Below are positions 62,784-64,000 of a DNA stretch of 64,000 bases, in pieces (within the stretch, counting starts at the first letter, position 1; the number at the start of each line of letters is the position of its first letter). The position numbers were made by a program, and so were the translations under genes. Source of the DNA: Macrostomum lignano. Taxonomy: Eukaryota. Below the pieces are notes generated by a model that ran no database searches, was not told the DNA's origin, and saw only the letters and a list, made by a program, of their open reading frames with translations. The stretch covers positions 493,453 through 557,452 of the forward strand of contig NIVC01000514.1 of assembly GCA_002269645.1 (NCBI GenBank). Direction: 5' to 3'.

Positions 62784-64000
62784 GTCACAGAGGCATGGGA
62801 GGTTCAAGCGTTGAATAATGAGCGTACAGCGTGAGACAATGCACGTTTAGTCAACATCTCCTGGGAAAATTCGGTAACAAAGTAATCCAATTAAAAGCAG
62901 CTCAATTTGACCTTGATTTTGGGATGTACAAGTATTGAAAAAAATATTTCTCCATCCTTTTGCACACATAGACTAAAACAGCCTGACTAGTTGGACAGCA
63001 AAGTCCGATTCCATTTTGACAGCTGCTTCAAAACTGACACTCTGGTTTGTGTACCCAAAAGGTCCGCTTCAGTTTTGACAACTCCTAATCAAAATTAAAC
63101 AGTCACTGCATCCTTAATAAGTCCGTTACTCTGGATTAAGTCAACTGCCCCTAAGCTGAACTGCAAAGAGCAATATTCTGTTTCCCCAGCGCAGCTCCGA
63201 AAAAGTTGAATCTGAAAGATGGCCGCATTTGAGTCTGAGGATTTTTAGTTCGCATTCCAGAAACTCACGTAAGTACATCTACATCTACCAGCAGCTGGTA
63301 AAAGTGGTCTTTATGGTCAAGAAAAACTCGATTTGTCACGGCTGCTAAGGGCGAGATCAATTTGTGTGTCTACAAAGAATTTTAAAGCTGCTTAGCCCGC
63401 TTACTATTAGTAGAGCCTTGCAGTATAGACTCCTAATGTTATACTGAAGTAACTTATAAAAAATACCAACTAATAAACGTGTTCAAGTGTTTTTGCATGC
63501 TAAATTGTTGAAACAGAACACAAACGATGGTTGCAAAGTGAGGGGCACGGGGTCGCATTGAGAATTGCTTGTATTTATTTAGACTTTCACAAGCCTCGCC
63601 AGGGTCTGCAAGCATCTGCATCATTTTGAGTTCATCGAGCTGGCATGATTGAGCAGCCAATCGCGTGCGGGGGGAAAAGCAGAGCTGCGGCAGATCGCCA
63701 GCTTTTGCAGGTTTTGTTTGCTCATCGGACGGGAATGCGCTCACGGAGAAAGGCAATGCTCCCCTTGTCTCTGCCACCGAGGTTCGACTCTTGACTGTTG
63801 CTGGAAGGCGATTGACGGTGAAATTTCTGCCAAAGTGGACCAAAAGGTGGCGGAAAATTTTGGGTTGCTCACGAGTCACTTCCAGGGAGATTTGAAGCTG
63901 CGGAGATTTTGGAGGGGACCCTCAAGGGAAACCTCGGCGGGAATCTCTGGATAATTTTCAGGGAGACTTCATATGCAGATTCTCGGCGTACATTCCCAGT

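Overview
Eukaryotic (animal) genomic DNA with GT-AG introns and no bacterial operon structure. GC-rich exons and introns filled with 12-45 bp minisatellites suggest the flatworm Macrostomum lignano (inference only). Left to right: (1) a >5.2 kb intron-free minus-strand ORF missing from the ORF track because it runs off the left edge, encoding a predicted N-myristoylated coiled-coil protein with a SecA-type ATPase core; (2) head-to-head with it, a ~10 kb frameshift-riddled plus-strand gene for a ~3,000 aa beta-helix/filamentous-haemagglutinin-like protein with an ankyrin-like insert; (3) a full-length LOA-like LINE with a perfect 12 bp TSD, plus a diverged 3' fragment of the same family; (4) an internally deleted Ty3/gypsy mini-element flanked by an ~80 bp direct duplication; (5) a DYRK2-class kinase gene with a GC-AG intron and one frameshift; (6) a decayed hAT transposase; (7) an 11-exon, 738 aa PFTAIRE/CDK14-class kinase gene; (8) a 56 aa secreted six-cysteine peptide gene below the ORF-track cutoff; and about 20 tandem repeat arrays. 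The best candidates for new biology are the SecA-like / beta-helix gene pair and the small cysteine-rich peptide. All calls are from manual reading and motif recognition; no searches were run.
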